The notes: generated from the letters alone by a model not told the origin. A DNA stretch of 63,002 bases, filler included, from Circinaria calcarea (GCA_051942165.1; 40 parts of 40 records of this genome joined end to end with filler, not necessarily neighbours in it); one strand, 5' to 3'; shown: positions 11,794 to 23,718, numbered from the whole stretch's first letter. Numbers and translations are program-made.

Positions 11794-12631
11794 TTAACCC
11801 GATGAGGGTTTGCCAAGCCCACCGTCATTGCGCGAACGGCAATTCTTCCCGGGAACCTCGGAATTCGAGGCTCGTCCCCAACAAAAGGCCCATCGCTGTG
11901 CGCATGTCACTGTGGGGCTTATCACTGTCAATGGGGTCATGTCACTGTGGTGATGTCACCGGGGGGGCATGCCACTGTGGTGATGGCTTCGAGTTGGCAG
12001 AACTGGTGATATGCGAGCCGGTACATCCATTGCGCGCACTCATTGCGCGCACCTATCGCGCGCATTCATCGCGCACATCGATGCCTTCGGTTCCAACGGG
12101 CGAGCAACGAGGCTCTCGTTGAAAGTGAAGTTTGATGCAAGGCACTGATCTTTGATTGGCTAGTCCAGCCAAATGGGGAAACCGGGTGGGTCGGTAGATC
12201 TTCCTGCCAAGCCTCCCGGCAACTCGGGTACACGCAAAATAACGTTTGACAATGTCCAGCATCACGTCAGTTATGGGACAACGGGCAAGTCTCTGGGGAA
12301 GATGCAGGGGGCATACGCTGGCTGGACATGGGTACCTGATAATGGGGAGAGGTTAGGGCAGGACTACGCTGGGGAGGGGGCAATTGGGTAGATAGTCGGT
12401 GGACGGGGATGGTCTCTTCTCTCTTCAGCATTGCCCATTGAATGTTGTAAGTGACCTCTAGACGTTGATATGCTGGGTGCTAATACGTGCAGAGAAACAA
12501 ACTATATCAAACTTCGATCATGCAATCTACCAAACGAACTCGAGTAGCGGAAGAGGATGTCGCAGATGTGGGCGACTGCATTGTCGTGGCTCCTCCGAAG
12601 CCAAAGAAATCCCGGGGAGACCCTCCTTCCC
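11794..12631 (+). mobile_element. Possible left end of a piggyBac-like transposon with the start of an ORF at 12520
   Basis: TTAA|CCC at 11794-11800, subterminal short repeats (GTCACTGTGG ~11905-11985; T(C/G)GCGCGCA-type units ~12030-12078), and ORF MQSTKRTRVAEEDVADVGDCIVVAPPKPK running off the contig. Confidence 0.35.
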
Positions 12632-12731
12632 NNNNNNNNNNNNNNNNNNNNNNNNNNNNNNNNNNNNNNNNNNNNTTAATTAATTAANNNNNNNNNNNNN
12701 NNNNNNNNNNNNNNNNNNNNNNNNNNNNNNN

Positions 12732-14219
12732 TAGCTCTAGATCAGGGCGTCACGGAACTAAGGCAGAAGTCTGATGACACTCATGGAGAAGTCGTGGCCA
12801 ATGCAACAGAAGTAGCGGCTGCAAGGGCCGATATTGCAGCAATTCGAACAAAAGAGTGGCGGGATAGATTAATCAGGTGGCTGTCTATTATAGATTATTC
12901 TTCCAATTACAACGCAGCAGGCAGGAAACGGGAGCCCAGCACTGGAAAATGGCTGCTGGGAAGGGCTGAATTTAAAACTTGGAAGCAGGTTCAAAACTCT
13001 TTTCTCTGGCTTCACGGAAAACGTAAGTTCGAATTCCGTATGTCGTTATTCATTCCATTTATCCAAACATGGAGGATAAGATGCTTTAGAGCTCCAGCAT
13101 TATTTTGAGATTTAATACCCTCTATCATATATTAATATAGTTTGTATGTTCTTCGCACTAGCAACTGGTATCTAACGTCATAAAAGCTGGCTGTGGTAAG
13201 ACAATCTTAAGGTGCTTGCTCATCTCAACTTTATAAAGTTGTCAACTAACCATATACAGCTCAACTGTTATCAACCACATAACCGTGGAATGTGCTCGAG
13301 ACGATAGCTTAGCGACTGCCTACTTCTTTTTCGATTTCAACAGTCGAGCCAAACAGAACACGACAAACCTTCTGGTTTCCTTGCTTGCACAGCTTTGCTC
13401 CCAAGTAATTGAAATCCCGGAAAGCTTAGAGGACCTCTACAACCGTTCCGGTGGGGGCGTACCTGAACCTTCCGTACCGCAGCTCGTCGAGGTACTCAAA
13501 TCGTATAGTACGCTAACAAAATTCCGGCACATATTTCTCATCATTGACGCCCTAGACGAATGCCCGAAAGGGGAACAAAGAGAAGAACTGCTGGAAGTAA
13601 TAGTGGGGATTGCTTCCTGGCCATCGACAAACTTAAACATTCTTGTCACTAGTCGGAAGGACTATGACATTGCGGAATCCCTCACGCCTTTATTGACGAT
13701 CCCAGCAATCGCAATACAAGGTCCCCAGGTTGCATCAGATATCGACCTTTACATAGAAACTCAACTTGCAAGCAAGATGAACAGAGTCATAAACGACATG
13801 AAATCGGAAATTAAGCAAGCTCTTATACAAAAGGCAGATGGGATGTGAGTATTCTCTGGAGTAAGCTCCACTTAGAGCTCAATAATTGTTAGGTTTCGCT
13901 GGGTATTTTGCCAGCTAGAAGTGCTGAAAAAGTGTCCGACACGCCCTGCGATACGAAAGGCCTTGAAAAGTCTCCCAGCGACACTAGACGGCACATATGA
14001 ACGGATACTTTCAAATATCACAGATGAAAACGAGAAAACGATTGCCCGACGGTGTCTGATATGGCTCGCATTTGCCCGAAAGCGAGTAACTCTTGGAGAA
14101 TTGGCAGAGGCTGCTGTTCTAGATCAGCAGCCCTTTGATCCAGAGGAGCGGCTGCTAGATCCCTCCTTTATCCTGGAACTCTTGGGTAGTCTAATCAGCA
14201 TCTCTCAGAAGCGTGATAA
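12732..14219 (+). CDS. NACHT-domain NLR-like protein (HET-E/NACHT-ankyrin type), internal fragment; introns 13023-13186, 13212-13259, ~13845-13891
   Basis: Spliced Walker A LWLHGKPGCGKTILSSTVI, AYFFFDF, Walker B FLIIDALDEC, ILVTSR, ADGMFRWVFCQL, LPATLDGTYERIL. Confidence 0.93.
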
Positions 14220-15358
14220 NNNNNNNNNNNNNNNNNNNNNNNNNNNNNNNNNNNNNNNNNNNNTTAATTAATTAANNNNNNNNNNNNNNNNNNNNNNNNN
14301 NNNNNNNNNNNNNNNNNNNCCCCAGAGGAAAAGGGGGGTTCTTTTCCCCGGCGGATCCCCCCCTTCTCACCACTCGCTCGCTTCGCTGGTTTTAGCGTAT
14401 CCGTATTCGAAAGCTTGGGGTTTTTGGTCTTGAGGGAGTATTTTTTTTTTTTTTGGTGGGGAGGGGAAAGGGGAAGGAGGATTTTTTCCCTTCCCATCCC
14501 GGATACGGTTGGAACTCATTGTTTACTACCCGTCCCTCCCCCGGAGATGGAGATGGAGATGGAGATGGGCCAATCCACTCCTCTCACGGGAATTTTTACA
14601 CGGTTACTTATTCCCACTGTACCATACCGGGTCTCCAAGCCCCCTATTATGTTATGCCCCCTTACTACGTATTTTGTTGGAAAGGTTATAGGGGGGCCGC
14701 TTTACCCGAATCACCCGTGTTTACCTACGGCGTAATGCAGTGAGTGGTCTATGCTCTCTCTCTGCACTACACTCTCTCCCTATACACACACACATATACG
14801 TACCCCCACCATAAAAAAGCACTTTTTTTCGTAGGTATAAGTAAGTTTTTAACTTGGTTATGCACTCAGTCAGGGTAGCAAATACATGCTACCGTACATG
14901 TTGCCTGCTCGACACGTATTCCCCTAGGATATAGGGGGTATTTTTTACGCCACCCTTTTCACTCACCCCCCCTACCTCTAGGCCGGGGCCCAATTTAATC
15001 TAGATTCGTCTCCGAAAAAAGAAAGGAGGTGGGTGGGCACACGGAGAGGAGAGAGAGAAAGAAAGATACCTGGGGAGACGGAGGACGGGGAGCCGGGAGC
15101 GGGAGTGAATTAACGACCCAAAGAATCCATGCATATGTAGTAGAATAGACCCTTTAGAACTTAGATTTAGGAAACCCAAAAAAAAAAGGGGGCAAGTTGG
15201 ACAAAAAATTTTCAATCGCAATCATCTCATGTCCACTGGCATGGCAAATCCACGTTTCAGGAAAACCCCCCCCAAAAAGCGATTATCTATTTGTTTTTTT
15301 GGGGGGAAGAGGGGGGTATGCTGCACCATGGGAAGGGTTAAACTCAATGGGTTCGGGC

Positions 15359-15620
15359 TACGGTGGCATGAATGGACCTTACGGCAACAATAAATTTTTG
15401 AAAATTTTTTTGGAACTTTTGTTTTCGGAAAATCGCTTTTCGACTTCGCGCACGCCAGCTTCTGTCGTTCCTACCATAGTAATTACTATGGCAGCAGCGA
15501 CAGCGCATGTAATTAGATAGGTAGCTTGAGATAATACTATTGCGACAGCAAATCTCTGCCACTTGCGCTGCAGTCACTCACTCGTAGATTCATAATAGAT
15601 TACGAAGCCTTATTTACAAT
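15359..15620 (+). mobile_element. DNA transposon end (family C), less mutated copy
   Basis: TACGGTGGCATGAATGGACCTTACGGCAACAATAAATTTTTG... matches the reverse complement of the element ending at 8497. Inner boundary approximate. Confidence 0.8.
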
Positions 15621-15666
15621 GTAAATAAGGCGTGTAACCGTGGAAACCAAAGCTATGGATAATAAA

Positions 15667-15806
15667 TGTTACGTCCCTAAGCTTCTTAGGCAAAGGCAAT
15701 GCTAGTCACTGGTATAAGGCAGGGGCTCTGTAATATGCGCACGGGTTCTATACCAATCACTTGGCAAGTAATAAGTGACAATAGAAGTATATTGCTACAC
15801 TTGTAA
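15667..15806 (-). mobile_element. LTR family B, partial (cut by contig end)
   Basis: TGTTACGTCCCTAAGCTTCTTAGGCAAAGG... is the reverse complement of 40530-40671. Confidence 0.85.
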
Positions 15807-16580
15807 NNNNNNNNNNNNNNNNNNNNNNNNNNNNNNNNNNNNNNNNNNNNTTAATTAATTAANNNNNNNNNNNNNNNNNNNNNNNNNNNNNNNNNNNNNN
15901 NNNNNNGATAAGGCGCTCGCACGAAGTGACACGCGTTGAGCGTACGACCATCCATAGTTCCTCTCCATTACTGAACTGGCGGTGTTGGCCATTTCCCCCT
16001 TTGCACCAGCACGCGCAGCATTATTGTTGAGCGATCTGAAGTCCAAATTCGAAAAGGACTGGGGGGTTCGTCATTTTGTCCCGGCACCTCGGGTTCGGAT
16101 ATATATTCAGCGGCTCAGCGGCACAAAGATCTACATGGACTGTATCGCATGAATACGCGTAGCCACCGTCCTTTTACGCTTGGGAAGTGAATCATTGTTC
16201 CACTATGAAAGGACTTCGATTCTCGATCTATGGATGATTCAACTATTTGGTATTGATATAGCGTCGATTCATTGGCCCAAGAAGCTCTGCAGCCTTCGTC
16301 ACCTCGCCGAAGGCATTGTATACCCCAGATAAGACACATCCCCAGGCTGATACCCGCCGTATTATTTCATAGCGACTGTGAATTGTATATTTAGGGGGTG
16401 GAAAGAAATCCAAGATACCATGGAGGTGGCATTTTGTGAAGTCCAGATGGATACAGCCATTCGGCCAAGCCTTATCCCTCAAGCAAGATTACCCGATCAT
16501 TGTCATAATGTTAGGGAGTTGCAAAGTTAGCTTGCATGACGTAAGGAGACTTGAGCAACTTGATATGCAGCTGTGGGAGA

Positions 16581-17388
16581 TTAGCTCTTTTTCTTCGGTA
16601 GTCCTTGAGCGCGCCTAATCTCGATGTCGCCCTCAGCTAGCCATTTGCTGGCTTTGACCAGTTGTACCAGATTGATGAATTGCTTGCCGGCCATGATTGG
16701 AAACGAGATTCCAGCAATGACCCAAGGCCAGAAGCTATCCATTTTGTTTGCACGCGCAAGCTCGAGTGCGCCGGCACTATAGGGGTTCGTGAAAAGAGTA
16801 GATGGAGCCGGATGCGCTGGACTGCCTGGTTGCGATGAGGATGCCAAAGAGTTTGGGATGGGTTGTAAGAGTGCCGGTGACAGGATAGGGGACGAAAACG
16901 AGAGAAGATAGAGGGCGATGAAGAAGACCTCGTTGAGAGCGCAGAACGCGAAAAGAACACTCTGAAGGGCTATTGTCAGCAATCGCGGCACCGAAAAGTG
17001 ACATGACAGACCTTGTTGGTGTAATACAGATGCAAGATCTTGCTTCTGCCTTGATCTACCTTTTTGTGACTTTGCCCAGATCCAGCCATTGTCAGCGTTG
17101 CATACATATGCATGTAATGGCTCGCCAAGTCCAGACTAATAAGTCCTTGGAATAGAAGTGCCCACCGAGGCCACGCGGAGCTTAAAAATACAAGCAGACA
17201 TGCAGTTGTACATCGATCTGTGACCATGTCCAATACTGCCCCGAACCTAGTAGATTGTCCAAAGTGCCGGGCCGCTATCCCATCCAGAGCGTCCAGCAAG
17301 CATGATATACTATAGAGCAAGGAGCATGTCCGCGGGTGGAGTGGCATGTAGTAAAGTGAGGCGATCGCAAGCACTATTCGTGAATATC
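16581..17388 (-). CDS. PIS1: CDP-diacylglycerol-inositol 3-phosphatidyltransferase (PI synthase), 5'-partial; intron 16962-17011
   Basis: CDP-alcohol motif LDALDGIAARHFGQSTRFGAVLDMVTDR, SHYMHMY, spliced YTNKSVLFAFCALNE. Confidence 0.95.
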
Positions 17389-17517
17389 CTGNNNNNNNNN
17401 NNNNNNNNNNNNNNNNNNNNNNNNNNNNNNNNNNNTTAATTAATTAANNNNNNNNNNNNNNNNNNNNNNNNNNNNNNNNNNNNNNNNNNNNAATCAGGGA
17501 ATCCTGTGAAGAAAGGG

Positions 17518-17969
17518 TCACAGTGTCGCTGCCGCCTCAATCGCCCCGGCGGCCTTGAATGACTTCTTACTCGTAATAACCACCTCAACAGGATACTTCC
17601 ACTCCATGAACTTTGCCCAACCTAGCACAATCCCAGGTATCAGCCTTGATTCCAGATATAGCCCCAATTGGGGTATCTTTCATATGTTCCCCCTAGATCG
17701 ACTGACTCACCCCAATAAGCGCATTTTCTTCCAAAGTATTTTCCCAAGTATGGCACCACCACCATGGTCAGTAGCAGTTCCAACTGTTGTAAGCTTTCTT
17801 TCCATTCCCGTTCTGCGTCCGACTCTTCTAGATCGTCGGACGAGGAGTCGATATCATCGCTCGAAGCGGAATTGGGGAGGGAGTCAACGGAGGAAGTAGC
17901 GGAAGTGGCGGAGGGCGATGGAGGTGAGGTGTGAGGTATAATGTAGGACTGGGAGGGCGTGGTGGACAT
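17518..17969 (-). CDS. MIM2: Mitochondrial import protein Mim2; intron 17622-17710
   Basis: Acidic Ser-rich N-terminus, DAEREWKESLQQLELLLTMVVVPYLGKYFGRKCAYW, spliced to GWAKFMEWKYPVEVVI...AATL*. Confidence 0.8.
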
Positions 17970-18341
17970 TTCAAGGTAGCCGTTGTGAGGAGATGGTGGG
18001 TTTGCGGGGAGGCCTGGTTATCGAGCAGGAGAAGCGAGAGGCATCGGATTGGGAAATCTACTCTACCGCAAGAGTAAGTAGTGACTCAATGTATCCTAAA
18101 TCCCCTCTCTTCCAATGAGACGGAAACTGGACGGAGGAGTGGCGTATGCCAGAAATTAAATGTATCAAGCTCCAGGGCTTTCGGTTCGCCTATTCTGGCT
18201 AGCGCAGTCCTGCCGAATCGTGGAGGCTCCAAAGGGATAATGACCGTATCCAAACCAATTCACCACCAAACCCAATTGACTCTATCAGTCTGGGACGGCC
18301 ATATCGACTTTTACCGCGCAACTTTCCCCCATCAATTCACT

Positions 18342-18871
18342 ATGCCGGTTAAACCCATCACCGGGGTAGGTTTAAGGTCCTTTGCTTGAGACCGGTCTCC
18401 CCACCGTCCGCCGCTTAAGTCCCTTGAGATGCTGTCCAAGACACCGGGCTTCTTCCTGGTACTATATCAAATACAGTGACTGACTGCTGGTAGATGCTCC
18501 GACGGGGCCTAGTCCTTGACCTAAGTATTGCTTTCGGTGAGCTTCCTCAATCCCGCATTATCTTGCAGCTTCACCAGCTTTCGCCAGCGGCCTTACATCA
18601 CTGTGGCTTGGAGCAAATTCAAACAGCATTCTTGAGCTTCTAGGCTTGTACTGATATCCTGTATATAGGTCTTGGCACCTCGGCAGGCTATTTCTACTGG
18701 TACGGTACGTAACCGTATTTCGAGGAGAGCTAGGGATTCATGTTTTCAGACGCGATACCGAAACCAGAATGCTCATTATTCTTAGGATATCACATTCCTG
18801 CGGTACGAAGACGCGATCAGTTTTACGCAAAGCTAGAAGATCAAAGAGCAGACGCGGCGGGGGTGGTATAG
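18342..18871 (+). CDS. COX9: Cytochrome c oxidase subunit VIIa/9; exons 18342-18365, 18494-18536, 18669-18704, 18786-18871
   Basis: Spliced product MPVKPITGMLRRGLVLDLSIAFGLGTSAGYFYWYGYHIPAVRRRDQFYAKLEDQRADAAGVV* (62 aa); all introns GT-AG. Confidence 0.92.
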
Positions 18872-19075
18872 AGAAGTGGCATAATCATGGGCGGGCAGGG
18901 ACTGCACAGGGGCCGAAGCATAGGAGAACATTGTACATAAGCAATGCTGGACGACAAGGACAGTTAACATGCCCANNNNNNNNNNNNNNNNNNNNNNNNN
19001 NNNNNNNNNNNNNNNNNNNTTAATTAATTAANNNNNNNNNNNNNNNNNNNNNNNNNNNNNNNNNNNNNNNNNNNN

Positions 19076-19222
19076 ATAGGCTTCTGTGTAGTTGTCGCTG
19101 CTAAGGGAGACAAGCTCAACACGGCAACAAATCTGCGACTGTATTCCTGAATCGCCGTGGGCGGGGAGGATGGTGATCAGACGTATCTCTTGCGCTGCAT
19201 CGTTGAGAGGCTTATATATCAT
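19076..19222 (-). CDS. HET-domain (HET-6-like) protein, 5' end
   Basis: MIYKPLNDAAQEIRLITILP...ICCRVELVSL is the typical YxPL..xEIRLL lead-in to a HET domain. Confidence 0.75.
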
Positions 19223-19499
19223 GTTAGCGATATTGTGCGAGCAGAGTCAACTTAGAATATGAATCCAAAATTTAAGTTAGGTACCTCGAGGATCTTATCT
19301 GCAGCGTCAATATTGCAACGAGGCCTGTGGCTGGGCGTCGATATAATTGGGCTCCGAAGCGACTTGTGGAAAACCCATATTTTATCCATGTCGACATGGG
19401 AATATCGAAGTGATCTTTGCGATAGATATAGTATTACTGTAAAAGAAAAAACTAAATCAGGTTTTAAATACTCATCTTTAAACCCTTTTGGCCCGGCAG

Positions 19500-19812
19500 T
19501 ACTTTGGTGGCAGGGGAATCAGCTGTTAACGTCACGCTAGTGAGTCATTGCCCAATGTACTTTGGTCGCAGGGGTATTTATTGCTAGTGATACGCTAAAG
19601 CCACTAATTTTTCTATCAATTGACCGATTTTATTGGTGGACAGCGAGGTTCTAGCTGTATTAGGCATTGATGTACTAGTGCCACGCTAGTAATTAATACC
19701 CTTCCGACCATAGTAGTTAAAGCCTTATAATCTACCAATAAGATTAATAAGTTAACCAAAATTGTTTGGCTTTAGCGTAACGTTAACAGGTGATACCCCT
19801 GCCACCAAAGTA
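19500..19812. mobile_element. MITE with ~40-bp TIRs and TA flanks, containing a nested related MITE at 19558-19715
   Basis: Left TACTTTGGTGGCAGGGGAATCAGCTGTTAACGTCACGCTA vs right (reverse complement) TACTTTGGTGGCAGGGGTATCACCTGTTAACGTTACGCTA. Inner pair TACTTTGGTCGCAGGGGTATT / TACTATGGTCGGAAGGGTATT. Confidence 0.85.
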
Positions 19813-20254
19813 AATATATTTAGCAGAAAAAGTCGAAGCCTTCCTTATCGGCAAAAAGTTCTCCCGCCTAAAAATATAAAATTTGTTTAACGCTGCCACC
19901 CTAATTTTGCGAGCGCCTGCAACCGATCCAGCCAACAACTTATACACACGAATAAACCCTTAACCCGATCGTAAAACATAAGGGGATCAATCAGGTTACA
20001 AGAATAAACATGTCAACTTCATTCAGTTTTATCAATCTACCAGTCATGAGGATGGCAGATCCCCCCTTTGTGGGAAAGGAATCATTGGGGCCAGTAGATG
20101 GAAGTAAATTAAAAGTCTATACAGTCAAAGAAGTATGAACAGAACGGGCCAACGATATCTATTTAAGATTCCGGATCCCCTCCGAACATCGCTCTATACG
20201 GTCATTAAGTTGCCCTAAGTAGACGCCTGTAATGTAATGTCATGCTGTTGGTAA

Positions 20255-20557
20255 TTACCTCCGAACCATTCTCTTCCAAACCGGTCGCTTCTGCACCACG
20301 TTCTGCTTCTCGTAATTCTCTTCTTCCACGTTGTGCTTGCCTACGATGGATAGAAATACCTGATCCAAGGTAGTTTGGCTGACGCTGTAATACTCGAATC
20401 CCAGATCGTGCTTGTTGCTCTCCAGCTTGGTGAACAGAGCACTGATACCGGTGTTTCGGATCTTCGAATCTTCACCGTATCTGGAGATCTCGTCATCATC
20501 CGTACCCGAAGAATTGGAATCTGGAACTGTAAAGTGCGAGCTGGCAGGGACGCTGAA
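20255..20557 (-). CDS. ABC transporter subfamily A, C-terminus
   Basis: Open frame of 101 codons including the stop, with the ABCA signature YYSVSQTTLDQVFLSI and KHNVEEENY. Not in the ORF track. Confidence 0.88.
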   Translation of the reverse strand, partial: FSVPASSHFTVPDSNSSGTDDDEISRYGEDSKIRNTGISALFTKLESNKHDLGFEYYSVSQTTLDQVFLSIVGKHNVEEENYEKQNVVQKRPVWKRMVRR

Positions 20558-20658
20558 CNNNNNNNNNNNNNNNNNNNNNNNNNNNNNNNNNNNNNNNNNN
20601 NNTTAATTAATTAANNNNNNNNNNNNNNNNNNNNNNNNNNNNNNNNNNNNNNNNNNNN

Positions 20659-20907
20659 AACCAGTTCGTGGATGGTGCCTTTTCAGTGGATGATCGACCT
20701 GGAAGTCGTTTGTCGATGAAGACCATCAGGCGGAAGAGTAGCTTTGATGGTCGAAGTGATGCCGGAGATGATCAGTATGAGGTTAGCAGTGATGAAGAAA
20801 ACCACGGGCGGCCTGATAGCTGGTACGGGCAACATCCAAGAGCTGGGGAATCTGGTGATGATAAGAGAAGTCAACTGGTGGAAGATGACTGGCGTGAATG
20901 GGATTGA
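20659..20907 (+). CDS. 3' end of an unknown acidic protein gene
   Basis: Open frame from the contig start ending VEDDWREWD*. Confidence 0.5.
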   Translation, partial: NQFVDGAFSVDDRPGSRLSMKTIRRKSSFDGRSDAGDDQYEVSSDEENHGRPDSWYGQHPRAGESGDDKRSQLVEDDWREWD

Positions 20908-21598
20908 GTGGGTGTTTGTAACCGGAGCCCCTGACGTCCCCAGCAGCCCTGTGGAGCACTCCCCCATCATACCTTTAATCTAGAAACGGCTTTGATGGAT
21001 CGGGTTCTCTCAGGTTGGCCTCCATACTCATTACTCTGCCCCATTATTATCAGCAGCGAATCCCAATAGTTTCACCCTGTCGCACCAGCTATAGCAGCGC
21101 TAGTATGTTGCATCCATCACTTCAAAGCTTATTACCCTGCAGTTCGATGTGGCGTAAACTGCTTCAAGAATGTGGTCATTACATGAGCAAAGTCTGGGTC
21201 GAATTGGGTATGGTTAAAAAGAAGAGGTTAACCTGATGTTAATTGGGTGATTTACGATACTCGGCATCTGCTAAATTCCCCTTCCACGGGGCTCGACCAA
21301 TTTAGCGAGAAAGCCAAAGGGGATTTTGTTAGAATCTCACATTTTACGTTTTGGTTAGATAATAGAGCAATATCGTACATTAGGTGGATACGATATAATC
21401 AGGAAATAAAATATGTACTTGAACTTAAAGGTTAAGTAATATAGAATCTACAACATACTCGAAGATTATACTCCATTCTACTTTGATCCCTTTTAGTGAC
21501 AGATAGATATAAGCGAAAAATGATTATGCCACCGGTCATCCTATTCCATCCTCCTCAGCATGAGGGCAAAAATTCAAAAATAAATAAAGAAAAAATTT

Positions 21599-21721
21599 CG
21601 ACACCTGCAGGATTTGAACCTGCGCTTCCGAAGAAAACAGATATCAGAGTTATTCGTCATGAACATATTGTCCAATCGGAAATGTTCGAGTCTGTCGCCT
21701 TAACCACTCGGCCAAAGTGTC
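21599..21721 (-). tRNA. tRNA-Ser(CGA) with a 42-nt intron (21643-21684)
   Basis: Acceptor GACACTT/AGGTGTC, D-arm GCCGAGTGGTTAAGGC, anticodon arm ACAGA-CTCGAA^A-TCTGT, long variable arm, T-loop GGTTCAAATCC, downstream T-run. Confidence 0.95.
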
Positions 21722-22025
21722 ATCAATAATGATGATATATCCCGTAATATAAAGTTTATTTTTCAAAACATAACGGAGCTTAAATCCGCTGTCCAAGTAG
21801 AATGACTTCATCATGCATCGTGAATATTCAAGTACAAACACTGTAGATATCGACCTAAACGTACTGGTAATCACATCTGCTCCTAATCAAACTATACTGA
21901 TCCCTCTATTCCATCTCATACCAGGCATTTCAAGAGGTTACCTTCGCTCCCCTCGTTGCGCTTCCTACTTAACCTTTCCCACCCCGTTATCATCTCTACT
22001 TGTTCCCTCGAAGAAAGCCAACCAA

Positions 22026-22138
22026 ATGTCCGCCCCTCAACCCCCCACCGCCGCTCCCAACCCTTCTTCCACCGCCTCTTACGAATCCGCCACCCGCACC
22101 CTCTCCTACACTCTCCTCCTCGCCTGCCCTGTCCTCCT
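22026..22138 (+). CDS. 5' end of a hypothetical membrane protein (MSAPQPP...TLSYTLLLACPVL)
   Basis: ATG in CAAATG context; open to the contig end with a hydrophobic segment. Confidence 0.45.
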
Positions 22139-23367
22139 NNNNNNNNNNNNNNNNNNNNNNNNNNNNNNNNNNNNNNNNNNNNTTAATTAATTAANNNNNN
22201 NNNNNNNNNNNNNNNNNNNNNNNNNNNNNNNNNNNNNNCCTTTTACAAATCTGAGATTCCCCCCACCCCTCCCCTCCTCCCAAAAAAAAAAAACCGGCTG
22301 TGGGGAACATTAGGTGTTTCCGGACTCAAGGCTCTCTCGTTGTAAAACGAAAATGGGAGCACTTAGGTACCGTGATGTGCTGTGCTGTACTGTACTATGC
22401 CTCTACTATACTATTGTACTTACTAGGCCCGGGGTTGGGGGTTACGGGAAGGAAGACTGTTACATACAATATAAATCTAGGAAGCAGAAGCAGAAGCAGA
22501 GGCAGAAGCAGAGTGAGATGTTGTGTAGTTGTTCAGTCTATTTGGGAAATTTTCCCTTCTTGGGATGGGATATGTAAAAAGGTAGATGCGGAGTTTTTAT
22601 CTGCTCTACGCATACACGCACGCACACATACCTAGAGGTTGGGAGGGAAGGGTACGGATCTAGTTGGATCAGGGCAGTCCGGAGGATTATCATGAACCGT
22701 TTTGTAGCGGTTTGGGGGCCCCCATCACCAACTGCAGGGCAGACCTCTTCCGCCTCAAGGTTGGGTTGTTCAACTCGGGAAAAGTGCCACTTATTTTGGA
22801 CAACGAGCCGTACCGGCCCGACCCGCATTTAGCATTTCACCTCGAGTCCCCTTTTTTTTTCGGGGGTTCCGGTTCGCGCCAACTTTACTCGCCTTCCCCT
22901 CTCGCTCTCCATCTTCCCCTTTATGCACCCTAGGGCTTCTCCTCGGATAGCTCTCCTCCTATAACCATTTTCCTTAATGCACAGCCACCCCTTTCCCCGC
23001 ATCTCCAATTCAATATCCTAATCGGAAGCTTAGCCTGCCAGAGCAGGGAAAGTTCTGTTCAACAGCTAAGCTGGTTGCTGAGGTGGAAGAGGGGAGGAGG
23101 AACCCCCAATAGCTTGAATTTCATCCTATCGTTGGCTAATCCATCACACTTTGAGATTGTTCAATCTCTGTCTTATGCTGTAACAAACCGCAATCAACCG
23201 TGCTATATCTCTTGCGTCGTGTTCTATTTCTCTATCATATGCTATAACAACTCGCAGTTAGTGTGCTATATATCTCTGCTCTATCAAGTATACGGAAGTA
23301 AAATATGTTGGAGAATTGCTTGTTTATTTTCCTTCTCAACGAAAACCCTTGAACGAGTCACTACCAA

Positions 23368-23718
23368 TCACGTTTTCTTCAAGACCTGATCCCAACTGCG
23401 CTGATACTTGGCCTGCTTGTCGTCATCGGTGTACATGGTCCCGCAAATGCGATCCCACAGGGCTGTGTATTGGGAGAAGTTGTGCTGCGAATGTTTAGCC
23501 TGGCCTATTCACTCGCCTGAACGCAATGGATAGGTTATGAAAGACGAGACGGAACTCTTCCAAACTCAAGAAAAAACAACAGAGAAGAACGGAAAAGAAA
23601 ACCGACCTTTAATCCCCAGCCCTGATGATGCAGATCGTGAAACTCGCTACGGTTTCCACTAAGCCACATCAATGGATCCCAGGGGAACGAATACCCCGAG
23701 TGGTCGGTAACGGATTTA
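23368..23718 (-). CDS. Sphinganine C4-hydroxylase/fatty acid hydroxylase (SUR2-like), 3' end; intron 23485-23606
   Basis: KSVTDHSGYSFPWDP...FHDLHHQGWGLK|HNFSQYTALWDRICGT: His-box motif and NF..WDR..GT. Not in the ORF track. Confidence 0.88.

Noticed and set aside
23615..23660. Hammerhead ribozyme-like CTGATGA...GAAAC or a C/D box
   Set aside because: Stems I and III cannot form, and the sequence is the antisense of the HDLHHQG codons of the SUR2-like gene.
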